Positions 39,801 through 51,831 are shown, counted from the first letter of the stretch. The stretch: DNA of 64,000 bases from an uncultured Planctomycetia bacterium (GCA_964430735.1 CAYSFB010000006.1:12089-76088); one strand, 5' to 3'. Notes: generated by a model not told the origin, from the sequence alone. Made by a program: numbers and translations.

Positions 39801-42528
39801 GGCCAGGATCATTTATGCCGACGGCGCAGAAGACCGGATCACCGGATATTTCGGAGACACCTCGCAGGTCCAGTCGGTCGAGCGATATGACCGGGAGAAG
39901 GTCCTGACACACACGCTGACTTACGCCTACGAAACCCTGGACGGCGTCGAATGGACGCATCTCTCCGTCGCCGGCCTCACCTCCATGAGCTACCGGATGA
40001 GTTACACCAAAAATCCGGACGGGACCGTGGATCTGAAAAAATTCTCCATGGGACTCGATAAGACCCCGCCCGCGGACGATCCGACCGACGTTTACGGCTC
40101 GGCCCGGAACGAGAGTTCGGAGTGGGCCTCCGCCTTGGACAGCATTTTTTCAGTTTGGGACATGAAATATGGCCGCCCCATCGGCTTTGGAGCGGCGCAG
40201 ATCTCGTTCGATTTGACGGACCCGCAGGCCGTGTCGGCTGATTTTAGCACCAACCGCCAGGACGGCCCGATTCCGCAGACCCGGTCTGCGGCTTGGGATC
40301 CGCAGGCACTGGTTCTTAGCGCCAATGTGGACGCGCCGATCGCTTCGGATGGCTACTTTTCCAATCCTTATAATCTGGACTGGTCGATCGGGATCGAAAA
40401 AGGCCGGAGCGGGTCGTTTTTGCCGTTCGAGGTCCGCTCCGTCCACTTCGTGAAACAGGACAAGGTTTATTGGGGATATGTCGGGCTAGAGACGCGGGAT
40501 TATGATCAAACTTCTTCGCAGACCATCACGTTCGACCATCGTGGTCTGGCAACCCGGATCGACGGAATGAGCATGTACGTGTATCCGGGAGGCGACACGG
40601 TCCAGAAGCGCGAGTCTTCCGTGCTTCTGGATTATCAAACGTTCGATCTCGGCGGCCGGTCGGTTGTCCGGCGCACGCGGACCCGTTACACGCGGAACGA
40701 CGCGCGGCCGTTCGGGGTCAATTACGATTACCGAACGGAATCGAATTACGAATATCAGAGATACGGGGGTGATTACAAGTCGAGCCATCAGACCATTCAG
40801 AACTTCGAGGGCGAGCACGGAACCGTGTTGACGTCTCCGGGTGTCGAGCACTATTACCGGGATTATTCGGCTATCAACGGCACCCTTTACGAGATCTCGA
40901 CCCGCTCGATCTCAGCCGACGGAACGTCCATCACGAAGACGTCCACGGACTACGTCCTCGTCGGGGGACAGCCGATGACGGCCCGGGCCACGACCCACAC
41001 AACCTCCATCAATGGGACCAGGATCAAGAACGAGGCTCTGGACAGAATCCTGAGCTACGTCGAGCTCGACGGCAGGGTCATTCAAAGCGAGCTGCATCAA
41101 ACCCTGACGCGGGTCGAAATACGCCAAGGAAAACTGTACTCGGAAGCCGTCGAGGAGATCATCAGCCAGAACCGGTATGCGCTGCTGCTCGGCATTCCAA
41201 GGGCGATCGTGACGCGGCAGATCCGGCAATCCCAAATCTCGTATCACGCAGAGGGGTATACCAATAAGACCTACAATGCATCGACGATTCTGCGCGGGTT
41301 GGGGGAGAACGACGTCCTCCTGTCCGGTCTTCAAGACCTCAAATTGAATGAGGCCGGCGTCTGGCAGACTTCCAAAACGGGGGCTTACGACACGCTCTTG
41401 GCCGCGCATCCCGAATTGGCTGCGATCATGGCGGAATTCGTTCCGATGACTCCCCGCCGCAAACCGTCGAATTTGGGCAATGAATTCGATTCAGACGATC
41501 GCCTCTTCCAGTCGAACTTCACGAACGGCGATCGCGTGAGGTTCAACGCCGACGGCTGGATCATCGGGTCATTTGACGTGCCTTCAGAACTTCCGGAATT
41601 TGTTCGCGAGCCCGATGCGGCCGCCGCCAAGTCTTCGGCGAATACTCTTTTCCTGCGAAGGACTTCTTTGCCGGACAACGACCTCGGCCCCAAACTCAAA
41701 AAATCCAAGCGGTCCGGTCGGAAGGGGCTTGGGAACTTCGTTGATCCGGAAAAGACCCAAGGCTTGCCGGATACGGGTGCCCTGGCGGATAAATCCCGCA
41801 GGGCTCGTTCCAAAGCATCTGCGCTTTTTGCCGAAACGGCCGCGGACTGCCGCGTCGAAGTATGCCGCGAGACCTTGGATTCGTCTTTGGCCCCGCTTCC
41901 GGAGGAGGACGATCCTTTCCGGCGGTCAGGGGCGAACGGAATGAGCGGTCTTCCGGACGGTCGAGCCAGGGTCTTTCAGCGTGCGCTCACCGATCCTGAG
42001 CTCGCGGTTTTGGGAGAGTCTTCTCGCACAACGCTCACGGAATCTATCACCGCGACAGGAAGGTCCGGCCTCAAACTGCTTCAACAGTTGTTCAGTCTGC
42101 TGGAGGGGCGGACGGCCTCACTGGGCTCCTGGATCGGCCGCAATCCGGCCGCCGCGCCCAAGGAATTCGAAGAGACCCTCCAAAATTCCCTTTTGCTCGT
42201 GAGAAGCCTCCGCTCGATACATATGGCCACAAAGGGAAATCCATCGGTCGGATCCAGTTTATTGGGCGGGGTCGAGGGAATCGCGGTCGGCGGCCTTCCT
42301 TATATACCGATGTTATGCGGAATGATCGCCAGTCAGGTCGTTTTAAATAACGGACCGGGCGCGATCGACACGGTCGGAGAGATCCTCCTTGTCCGATTTG
42401 TGGAGTCGCTTCTCGGTAAACCGGGGAATCGCGGTTGGAACCGGTATTTTGAATCCATCGGCGCACATCGTTCGGGTCCGCTCCAAGCCCCTCCTGCCAT
42501 TTTCGGTCAGATCCTCTCCGACAACTAA
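36733..42528 (+). CDS. giant secreted hypothetical protein (1931 aa) with three internal repeats of about 330 aa carrying YD-repeat-like motifs
   Basis: N-terminal signal/TM (ILHISSWVMSFVFIFHTLAGDAGVAWA). Three modules each contain ...ERYD(A/R)(D/E)xxL(L/T)H(R/T)(I/L)xYxYx(S/T)xxGxxxxxxxV(R/Q/A)GP-like blocks and a DWSI(A/H/G) element. Frequent YDxxGxL / DPDGL motifs. The C-terminal roughly 400 aa has no recognisable domain. Confidence 0.75.
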   Translation: MEIKYMVIKVHKNKILHISSWVMSFVFIFHTLAGDAGVAWADLFLDDQSQSGLIDSTLRPDPGVEAAQADEEAGITRYPSGRIQSQRNAETGAITYFEDRYPGRISQVEYPDGTMEVVKAYDAVTNEAKTVERYDADGALLHRIDYEYTSVNGTVQVAASVRGPSGTTPYSLTYVKDENNVVSMKKLEVFGASGPGADLASLMNATDHQNSPLPGGWSAVTNGYFVPDKISFEILPDDTVDLVYSRGPLVPVETRNSWNAAASTFTTSFDLEISGRPDLGLITTDWSIALTSSGSVYLPFLLKTITTDFVMDFGFNGGMGKAHEVGLLNYDQRGLITETTNAQLLYDADGKLLAESGQRLTYGYSTYQPNDQPQILLTSVTRLDLAGPSQQTVSREFVQVGNDLRVSEIHHADGRTVLYDSLGRVSEMRFADGAIEKILLYEGDSSRILAAERRNARGVVTHRLGYIYSTVQGVEYTTVNVQGPDATTGYSFTYFQNSSGSTQLARFDLTTRPEGFKDFYLGYSSPSAGAELSPESGLYQRFGWDLFGGGSDTVFAGSTSLSLNADGSANGTGGSGQIPLTVSWDPGTSTVTAHQNAKVLGTDFSADWSIHFTSTADSLMPFRIDAVSASASNADGSRQGGVVYQYDPDGLLTKKVVSSKDVPNGQRETTTDYTYTTYELSGRSIVVLTGSARHYLQKAPSSGGTDYTESTGASREFEVMGNYLVTSKFSSSEYMSPTGDFYHQYDALYDYETIDGKPYLTSSAYAGDGRVPGPTAFFIYTPESRSLPFTQNGRYDYAYGVVNGEVKLLEQKEHFELLSQNGNLLVNDTTTTSQYGVVGGQTVLLASTMTQRAEVSKDGIKLSSYVVDNPRVSRYAVIDGKTTQIMSRNAYRRVITNLLTSEVYTEDSMRMNVLNRTRGVMLEKLVYTSNSQDITRIAPDFDSTLAGLQQDYPELFQSLEPGSWGYLPPTDIKEYDAGTGKLVKITYENGDVREFDPDGLVKSFYEAATGNRTEYMPDTLNRPARIIYADGAEDRITGYFGDTSQVQSVERYDREKVLTHTLTYAYETLDGVEWTHLSVAGLTSMSYRMSYTKNPDGTVDLKKFSMGLDKTPPADDPTDVYGSARNESSEWASALDSIFSVWDMKYGRPIGFGAAQISFDLTDPQAVSADFSTNRQDGPIPQTRSAAWDPQALVLSANVDAPIASDGYFSNPYNLDWSIGIEKGRSGSFLPFEVRSVHFVKQDKVYWGYVGLETRDYDQTSSQTITFDHRGLATRIDGMSMYVYPGGDTVQKRESSVLLDYQTFDLGGRSVVRRTRTRYTRNDARPFGVNYDYRTESNYEYQRYGGDYKSSHQTIQNFEGEHGTVLTSPGVEHYYRDYSAINGTLYEISTRSISADGTSITKTSTDYVLVGGQPMTARATTHTTSINGTRIKNEALDRILSYVELDGRVIQSELHQTLTRVEIRQGKLYSEAVEEIISQNRYALLLGIPRAIVTRQIRQSQISYHAEGYTNKTYNASTILRGLGENDVLLSGLQDLKLNEAGVWQTSKTGAYDTLLAAHPELAAIMAEFVPMTPRRKPSNLGNEFDSDDRLFQSNFTNGDRVRFNADGWIIGSFDVPSELPEFVREPDAAAAKSSANTLFLRRTSLPDNDLGPKLKKSKRSGRKGLGNFVDPEKTQGLPDTGALADKSRRARSKASALFAETAADCRVEVCRETLDSSLAPLPEEDDPFRRSGANGMSGLPDGRARVFQRALTDPELAVLGESSRTTLTESITATGRSGLKLLQQLFSLLEGRTASLGSWIGRNPAAAPKEFEETLQNSLLLVRSLRSIHMATKGNPSVGSSLLGGVEGIAVGGLPYIPMLCGMIASQVVLNNGPGAIDTVGEILLVRFVESLLGKPGNRGWNRYFESIGAHRSGPLQAPPAIFGQILSDN

Positions 42529-42540
42529 AACCTGCTCCTA

Positions 42541-42569
42541 TTGCTGGACGGGAACTCCCTTGCTATAAT
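42541..42569 (+). promoter_or_regulatory. dnaA: sigma70-like promoter TTGCTG-N17-TGcTATAAT (extended -10), about 175 nt upstream of the dnaA start
   Basis: Read directly. Correct 17-nt spacer and perfect -10 with a TG extension. Function is unproven. Confidence 0.35.
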
Positions 42570-42658
42570 GCTGAATCTTTAGGGTCGGGAAGTTTGAGAC
42601 GAAGGCTGTGTAAAAGGCCTTGTCTTAGGTTTCATTCCGTGTCTCTTTGGCCTATAAT

Positions 42659-42667
42659 TGTGGATAA
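42659..42667. promoter_or_regulatory. DnaA box (TGTGGATAA = reverse complement of TTATCCACA, perfect match)
   Basis: Read directly in the AT-rich region upstream of dnaA. Confidence 0.5.
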
Positions 42668-42742
42668 CTTTTGTTATTTAACCCTATTGTTTTCAATAGG
42701 TTGTATTTTATATCCACCGCATTATTGAGGATGTTCACAATC

Positions 42743-42751
42743 TGTGGATAA
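42743..42751. promoter_or_regulatory. DnaA box (TGTGGATAA, perfect) overlapping the dnaA GTG start codon
   Basis: Read directly: ...tcTGTGGATAAtttgaac, where GTG GAT AAT TTG AAC codes for V/M-D-N-L-N of DnaA. Confidence 0.5.
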
Positions 42752-44096
42752 TTTGAACATTCTATCGCCTCAGGACGTCTGGGCGAAGGTGATGGAATAC
42801 CTGGAACGCGAACTTTCGGCCGTTTCGATCGACCGATGGTTCCGGAACCTCACCCCTTCCGAAGTCTCCGATCAAACGCTTACCGTCGACGTTCCGGACG
42901 AATTTTTTAAAAATTGGATCGAAGAGCACTACCTTGAATTGATTTATCAGGGGCTCAAGAGTTCCGGTTCGCCCGTTTCGCAGTTCAAACTCAAAGTCGT
43001 TCCGCGTAAAATCACCGACACGCCGGCTCCCAGCGCATCGCCCGATCGCTTTTCGTCCGAACAGCCGCGGCCTGACCGACCCACGCTCAATTCGCAGTGC
43101 ACGTTCGAAGAATTCGTCGTCGGGCCGTCGAACCGTTTCGCGCACGCGGCATGCCTCGCCGTCGCGGACCGCCCGGCCAAAGCGTACAACCCACTGTTCA
43201 TCCACGGCCCCGTGGGCCTGGGCAAAACCCATCTCATGCAGGCCATCGGACACGAAGTGCTGCGCCGCAATCCGAACGCGAGCGTTCTCTATATTACGAG
43301 CGAAAAGTTCACCAACCAGCTCATCAACGCGATTCAGAACCAGACGACGCTCAAGTTCCGCGAAAAATACCGCACGGTCGACGTGCTGCTCATCGACGAC
43401 ATCCACTTTATCGCCGGCAAAGAAGCGACGCAGGAAGAGTTCTTCCATACGTTCAACGCTCTGCACGACAGCCACAAGCAGATCATCGTTTCGAGCGACC
43501 GGCCGCCCAAGGAAATCATCAATCTCGAAGAGCGCCTCATCTCCCGTTTTGAGTGGGGTCTCGTCACGGACATCCAGAAACCGGACTTCGAGACGCGGGC
43601 GGCCATCCTGCGTAAAAAAGCCCTGCGCCACAACATTCCCGTTCCGGATCCGGTCACGAACTTCATCGCTGAGATTGTTCACTCCAACATCCGCGAGCTT
43701 GAAGGCGCGCTCATGCGGGTGGTCGCCTACGCGGAACTCACGACGATGCCGGTCACACTCGAACTTGCCCAGGAAGTCCTGAAGCGTGTGGCGCAGGAGA
43801 GCGAAAAAAAGATCACGCTTGAATACATTCAAAAGAAGGTGAGCGACTACTTCTCAATCCGAATCAATGAGCTCATGGCCAAGCGCCGTAGTAAAAATAT
43901 CGTTTTACCGCGCCAGATCGCAATGTACCTTTCGAGAGAATTAACAAATCATTCGCTTCCCGAGATCGGACAGTCGTTCGGCGGAAAGGACCACACCACA
44001 GTCATGCATGCGTGTGAAAAGATCCGGACAGGTCTCGAAAAAGACATGAGCCTTAAAGAAATGGTAAATCGCATTCGTCAGACCATTTCCAACTAG
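42744..44096 (+). CDS. dnaA: chromosomal replication initiator DnaA
   Basis: 450 aa. Walker A GPVGLGKTHL. Sensor and box VII motifs. C-terminal DNA-binding domain. Apparent GTG start. Confidence 0.95.
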   Translation: MDNLNILSPQDVWAKVMEYLERELSAVSIDRWFRNLTPSEVSDQTLTVDVPDEFFKNWIEEHYLELIYQGLKSSGSPVSQFKLKVVPRKITDTPAPSASPDRFSSEQPRPDRPTLNSQCTFEEFVVGPSNRFAHAACLAVADRPAKAYNPLFIHGPVGLGKTHLMQAIGHEVLRRNPNASVLYITSEKFTNQLINAIQNQTTLKFREKYRTVDVLLIDDIHFIAGKEATQEEFFHTFNALHDSHKQIIVSSDRPPKEIINLEERLISRFEWGLVTDIQKPDFETRAAILRKKALRHNIPVPDPVTNFIAEIVHSNIRELEGALMRVVAYAELTTMPVTLELAQEVLKRVAQESEKKITLEYIQKKVSDYFSIRINELMAKRRSKNIVLPRQIAMYLSRELTNHSLPEIGQSFGGKDHTTVMHACEKIRTGLEKDMSLKEMVNRIRQTISN

Positions 44097-44234
44097 AGTT
44101 GTACACAGTTTTTGATTCAGGTAATGTGTTTGAATGAAACGAGTTGTGACAATATCGCGCTAATCACAGCGACTACGGCTATGACTACTTTTTCTTTAGC
44201 GCTAAAAAACTAATAATAATAGAGAGTGTGAATA

Positions 44235-45335
44235 ATGAGGATAAGTGTACAAAAAGAAGATTTGGTTAGAGGAATTCAAACGGTACAAAATGCCGTGAGC
44301 GTTCGGGGTTCCCTGCCTATCCTCGCAAATATTTTATTGGAAACAAAAGACAACCAACTTTGTTTAACTGCGACTGATTTGGATATTGCCATTTCCTGTT
44401 TTATCCCCGCGGAGATACAGGAGAAGGGTGCAATCACGGTTCCTGCAAAGCGTTTTGGTGACGTTATTAAAGAGTTGTGGTCGGACGACGCAATCAAACT
44501 TCAAGTGGTCAAGGGGAACACGGTTCAAATCGAAACCAAAAAAACGAATTACAAAATTCCAGGTTTGGCCAAAGACGACTTTCCTCAAATTCCGTTTTTC
44601 ACAGGTGAAAAAAACGCGATCATTCTTCCTCAGCGCACACTGAATGAAATGTTGAAGATGACGCAGTTTGCGATGAGCCGGGACGAGGCGCGTTACGTTT
44701 TAAACGGAACTTTATTTTCTTTTAACGGAAAAACAGCCCGGTTGGTCGCGACGGACGGACGGCGCCTGGCGATGATTGAGCGTGAGATGGAAAAACCCTC
44801 CCCAATCAAAAAGAATGTGATCATCCCCACCAAAACGATTCACGAACTTTCTCGGAATCTCCAGGAAGCGGGAGAAGTGAATATTTTATTCAAAGAGAAT
44901 CAAATTCAATTCCAGATCAATCAAACCTACATCACCAGCCGTCTAATCGAAGGGGAATTCCCGAATTATGAACAAGTCATCCCCCAAAAGACCAAAGAGC
45001 AGTTGATCCTCAGCACCAAGGATTTTCTTTCGGCCACGCGCCGGGCGAGTATTTTTACAAATCAGGAATCCCAATCCATTAAAATCAGCCTCGATAAAAA
45101 CCGGATGGTGATTTCCAAAAATACGCCGGAAGTCGGTGAAGCGTATGAGGAGATTGAAACGGATTATAAAGGCGGCGGTCTGGTGATCGGGTTCAACCCC
45201 AATTACCTTATCGACGTCCTTAAGACGATTCCGGATGAAAAAGTAAAATTCGAACTCATTGATCCTGAAAAACCCGGAATGATCCGGGCCGAAAACAATT
45301 ACACCTACATCGTCCTGCCGATGCAGCTGTCGTGA
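44235..45335 (+). CDS. dnaN: DNA polymerase III beta sliding clamp
   Basis: 366 aa, three-domain clamp (MRISVQKEDLVRGIQTVQNAV...). Confidence 0.95.
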   Translation: MRISVQKEDLVRGIQTVQNAVSVRGSLPILANILLETKDNQLCLTATDLDIAISCFIPAEIQEKGAITVPAKRFGDVIKELWSDDAIKLQVVKGNTVQIETKKTNYKIPGLAKDDFPQIPFFTGEKNAIILPQRTLNEMLKMTQFAMSRDEARYVLNGTLFSFNGKTARLVATDGRRLAMIEREMEKPSPIKKNVIIPTKTIHELSRNLQEAGEVNILFKENQIQFQINQTYITSRLIEGEFPNYEQVIPQKTKEQLILSTKDFLSATRRASIFTNQESQSIKISLDKNRMVISKNTPEVGEAYEEIETDYKGGGLVIGFNPNYLIDVLKTIPDEKVKFELIDPEKPGMIRAENNYTYIVLPMQLS

Positions 45336-45643
45336 CGAAAAGGCAGACACTTCCCACTTCATCCGTCGGGGATTTGGTGAAGGATTTGATGACCGCGATC
45401 GAAAGTTCGCAGGTCGTATCTGAGGAAAAGTTGTTATTAGCGTGGATAGAAGCGGTGGGGGAAGCGGGCTTTAAGAACGCCAAACCCTATTCGCTGAGCA
45501 AAGGTGTGTTGAATGTGACGGTGAAGAATCCGTCCTGGTCGCAGGAACTCACGCTGAAAAAACGCTGGGTGATCAAAAAACTTCAAGTGGCTTTAGGTAA
45601 AGATCAGATTCACGACATCCGGTTCAAAACCGGTCAAATCTAA
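45332..45643 (+). CDS. DUF721-family protein (DciA-like putative helicase-loading factor)
   Basis: 103 aa with the DUF721 signature W..AVG...A....P..L..G.L.V.V...SW.QEL (LLLAWIEAVGEAGFKNAKPYSLSKGVLNVTVKNPSWSQEL). Overlaps the dnaN stop by 4 nt. Occupies the usual recF slot. Confidence 0.75.
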   Translation: MTKRQTLPTSSVGDLVKDLMTAIESSQVVSEEKLLLAWIEAVGEAGFKNAKPYSLSKGVLNVTVKNPSWSQELTLKKRWVIKKLQVALGKDQIHDIRFKTGQI

Positions 45644-48202
<2,559 letters not shown>

Positions 48203-48221
48203 AGGACTAAAGAAAAACACC

Positions 48222-50723
48222 ATGGCAAAACAAGACGACAAGAAAAATCTGGCGAACTTCGCGGCCGAGCAGAAGATCGTCCCCGTTCAGATCGAGGACG
48301 AGCTGAAGACTTCGTACCTCAATTACGCGATGTCCGTCATCGTCGGCCGGGCGCTCCCCGACGTGCGCGACGGACTCAAGCCCGTGCATCGCCGCATTCT
48401 GTACGCGATGAAGGAGCTGGGTCTCGAGTATCCCAAGACCTACAAGAAGAGCGCCCGTATCGTCGGTGAAGTGCTCGGTAAATACCATCCGCACGGCGAC
48501 TCGGCTGTGTACGAAGCGCTCGTGCGCATGGTGCAGGACTTCTCGCTGCGCTATCCGCTCGTGGACGGTCAGGGCAACTTCGGTTCGGTCGACGGCGATT
48601 CCGCGGCCGCCATGCGTTACACCGAAGCGCGTCTGGCGTCCATTTCCTCGTCCCTGCTCTCGGACATCGACCGCGACACGGTCGACTTCGCTCCGAACTT
48701 CGATGAAACGCTCGAAGAGCCCAAGCTCCTGCCGGCGACGCTCCCGAACCTGATCTGCAACGGCTCGGGCGGCATCGCGGTCGGTATGGCGACCAACATT
48801 CCTCCGCACAACCTGAACGAAGTGTCCGAAGCCATTCTGCACCTGATCGACAATCCGGGCGCGTCGGTGAAGGACCTCTGCAAATTCGTGAAGGGTCCGG
48901 ACTTCCCGACAGGGGCCTCGATCATCGGCACCGCGGGCATCAAGTCCGCCTACGAGACGGGCCGCGGCTCGATCGTAATCCGCGCCAAGACCTCGATCGA
49001 AGAGGTGAAGGGCGGCCGCGAACAGATCGTTGTCACCGAGATCCCGTATCAGGTCAACAAGGCCTCGCTCATCGAATCGATCGCCGACCTCGTGCAGGCC
49101 AAGAAGGTCGAGGGCATCGCCGACATCCGCGACGAGTCCGACCGCTCCGGCATGCGCGTCGTCATCATTCTGAAGCGCGACGCCGCCGCCCAGGTCATCC
49201 TGAACCAGCTCTTCAAGCACACGCAGCTGCAGCAGTCGTTCGGCATCATCATGCTCGCGATTGCGGACGGCCGCCCGAAGACGCTCACCTTGAAGGAGAT
49301 CCTGGAGTACTACATCCGCCACCGCAAGGAAGTGATCATCCGCCGTTCGCGTTTCGAGCTCGAAAAAGCCCGGGACCGCGCCCACATCCTCGAGGGCCTT
49401 CTCGTCGCCGTCGCGAACATCGACAAGATCATCAAGACCATCCGCGAAGCGAAGAACCCGGCGGAAGCCAAGGCGAACCTCATGGAACGCTTTGACCTCT
49501 CCGACCGCCAGTCGCAGGCCATTCTCGAGCTTCAGCTCCAGAAGCTGACGCAGCTCGAGCGCTACAAGATCGACGAGGAGTACAAGCAGATCCTTTCCCG
49601 TATCAAGGAACTCGAAGAGATCCTGAAGAGCGAGAAGAAGGTCCTCGAAATCATCAAGACCGAGCTCAAAGCCCTGGTCGAGAAGTTCGGCGACAAGCGC
49701 CGCACCGAGATTCAGCGCGACGAGTCCTCGCTCGAGATGGACATCGAAGACCTGGTTGCCGACGAAGACATGGTCGTGACGATTTCCCAGGAAGGGTACG
49801 TGAAGCGTTCGCCGCTGGCGAGCTACCGCAAGCAGCGCCGCGGCGGTGTGGGCGTCACCAACGCCACGCACGAGGAGGACTTCATCGAACACCTCTTTGT
49901 GGCCTCGACACACGACCACGTGCTGCTGTTCACCAATAAAGGAAAGGTGTACTCGATCCGCGTGCACGAGCTGCCGCAGGCCAACCGCACGGCCAAGGGC
50001 AAGTTCATCAAGAACTTCGTGAATCTGAACCAGGGCGAAAAAATCAGCTCCATCGTTCCGATCCGCAAGTTCGAGCCGAACAAATACCTCGTCATGATGA
50101 CCGCGATGGGCGTCACGAAGCGCTGCGAGCTCGGCGACTTTGACGACATCCGCAAGACCGGCATCATCGCGATCAACCTGCACAAGGAAGACGAATTGAT
50201 CAGCGTGCGCCTCACGGGCGGCAATTCGAACGTCTTTGCCGCGACCAAGCTCGGCAAGGCCATCCACTTCCCCGAAACGGACGTGCGCTCGATGGGCCGC
50301 GCCGCCGCGGGAGTGAGGGGCATGACGCTCGAGAAGAACGACGAGATCGTCGGCATGGAAGCGGTCGACAAGAACGACTACCTGCTGACCGTGACCGAGC
50401 ACGGCTTCGCCAAGCGGTCCAAGGCGGACGAGTACCGCCTGCAGTCGCGCGGCGGCAAGGGCATCACGAACCTCAAGGTCACCGAGCGCAACGGCAAGGC
50501 CATCGGCATGCGCGCCGTCTCGGACCATGACGACCTCATGGTGATGTCGACCGGCGGAATGATCGTCCGGGTCGGCGTGAAGGACCTTCGCGCCACGGGA
50601 CGCGTCGCTCAGGGCGTCAAAGTCATCAACTTGAAAGGCGGAGACAAAGTTGCTACCATGACGTGCGTCGAAGCCGAGGATGCCGAGGGGACCGCCCCTC
50701 CGTCCGAGGGCGCCGCCGAGTAA
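48222..50723 (+). CDS. gyrA: DNA gyrase subunit A
   Basis: 833 aa. Active-site Tyr region ([10 protein letters not shown]), QRDR ([11 protein letters not shown]), C-terminal beta-pinwheel repeats. Confidence 0.97.
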   Translation: MAKQDDKKNLANFAAEQKIVPVQIEDELKTSYLNYAMSVIVGRALPDVRDGLKPVHRRILYAMKELGLEYPKTYKKSARIVGEVLGKYHPHGDSAVYEALVRMVQDFSLRYPLVDGQGNFGSVDGDSAAAMRYTEARLASISSSLLSDIDRDTVDFAPNFDETLEEPKLLPATLPNLICNGSGGIAVGMATNIPPHNLNEVSEAILHLIDNPGASVKDLCKFVKGPDFPTGASIIGTAGIKSAYETGRGSIVIRAKTSIEEVKGGREQIVVTEIPYQVNKASLIESIADLVQAKKVEGIADIRDESDRSGMRVVIILKRDAAAQVILNQLFKHTQLQQSFGIIMLAIADGRPKTLTLKEILEYYIRHRKEVIIRRSRFELEKARDRAHILEGLLVAVANIDKIIKTIREAKNPAEAKANLMERFDLSDRQSQAILELQLQKLTQLERYKIDEEYKQILSRIKELEEILKSEKKVLEIIKTELKALVEKFGDKRRTEIQRDESSLEMDIEDLVADEDMVVTISQEGYVKRSPLASYRKQRRGGVGVTNATHEEDFIEHLFVASTHDHVLLFTNKGKVYSIRVHELPQANRTAKGKFIKNFVNLNQGEKISSIVPIRKFEPNKYLVMMTAMGVTKRCELGDFDDIRKTGIIAINLHKEDELISVRLTGGNSNVFAATKLGKAIHFPETDVRSMGRAAAGVRGMTLEKNDEIVGMEAVDKNDYLLTVTEHGFAKRSKADEYRLQSRGGKGITNLKVTERNGKAIGMRAVSDHDDLMVMSTGGMIVRVGVKDLRATGRVAQGVKVINLKGGDKVATMTCVEAEDAEGTAPPSEGAAE

Positions 50724-50737
50724 AACTCTCTTCTTTT

Positions 50738-50815
50738 GACCCCATCGTCTAGCCTGGTCTAGGACATTACCCTTTCACGGTAGTAACACGGGTTCGAATC
50801 CCGTTGGGGTCGCCA
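50738..50815 (+). tRNA. tRNA-Glu (anticodon TTC), CCA encoded
   Basis: GACCCCAUCGUCUAGCCUGGUCUAGGACAUUACCCUUUCACGGUAGUAACACGGGUUCGAAUCCCGUUGGGGUCGCCA. Confidence 0.9.
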
Positions 50816-50826
50816 CATTCATCGCG

Positions 50827-51831
50827 ATGAGATTCCTTCTTCGAATCCTGCGACCTTCGCCTGATTCCCACCTGATCGGAGACCGGCAGCGGAAGCTGCT
50901 GGCTTGGCTGATGGCTGCGGCCGTCCTTGTGGGAGCCGTCGGTCTCGGCCGTTATTTTTATGCGCAGTTTGAAGCGGCGCAGCAGGAAAAAGCGCTCCTT
51001 CGGGCGCGGGCCGTCGCTTGGCTCCAGCTTCGGGACCGGATCCGGGAAGAGCTTCTCGCGTTCCACGGAAAGTCCGGCGTCATCGTCCGGGATCTCAAAA
51101 CCGGGTGGGAGCTTTCGCACAACCGTTCTAAGCCCTTTGCGTCAGCCAGTCTCGCCAAGCTCCCCATCATGGTCGCGCTGCTGCAGGCCGCGGAAGCCGG
51201 CCAGTTCAGCCTGGACCAGGAAATCACCCTCAAGTCCTCGGACAAGCTCGAAGGCTCCGGCGATCTGAAAAGCATGCCCTCCGGCGCGTCGTTCGGCATC
51301 GGCAAGCTCATCACGCTGATGATCGCCGACAGCGACAACACCGCCACCGAGATGTTGACCAAGTTCATGGGCCAGGACACGCTGAACGCGGCGTTTGAGC
51401 GCTATGGTCTGGAAGTGACCCGTCTGAACCGGCATGTCGCCGATTACGTCGCACGCGACCGGAGGGATATCGAGAATTACACGACCGCCGAGGAAATGGC
51501 GTCGCTGCTCGATCAGATTTATCACCGCAAACTTGTCAGCCGCAATGTGTCGGACCAGTGCATCACGACACTTAAGCTCTCTCGCACGAACGACCGCATC
51601 CCACGCTACCTGCCTCCGGAATTATCCGTTGCGCACAAAACGGGGCTCGAAAACGGCGTGTGCCATGACGCCGGAATTCTCTTTTCTCCGGAGGGGGATT
51701 TGATCGTGGTCGTCCTCACCAACCACAATGACGCGACGCACGGCCGCGCCAAAGAACTCATCGGCCGTGTGGCGCGGCTGTCTTACGAATATCTGGGCAG
51801 CTGGAAACCCGCGGAAACATCCGCGGGTTAG
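50827..51831 (+). CDS. class A beta-lactamase-family serine hydrolase with N-terminal membrane anchor
   Basis: SxxK (SLAK), SDN (ADSDNTAT) and KTG (HKTGLENG) motifs present. The start could be the downstream Met (MAAAVLVG...). Confidence 0.7.
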   Translation: MRFLLRILRPSPDSHLIGDRQRKLLAWLMAAAVLVGAVGLGRYFYAQFEAAQQEKALLRARAVAWLQLRDRIREELLAFHGKSGVIVRDLKTGWELSHNRSKPFASASLAKLPIMVALLQAAEAGQFSLDQEITLKSSDKLEGSGDLKSMPSGASFGIGKLITLMIADSDNTATEMLTKFMGQDTLNAAFERYGLEVTRLNRHVADYVARDRRDIENYTTAEEMASLLDQIYHRKLVSRNVSDQCITTLKLSRTNDRIPRYLPPELSVAHKTGLENGVCHDAGILFSPEGDLIVVVLTNHNDATHGRAKELIGRVARLSYEYLGSWKPAETSAG

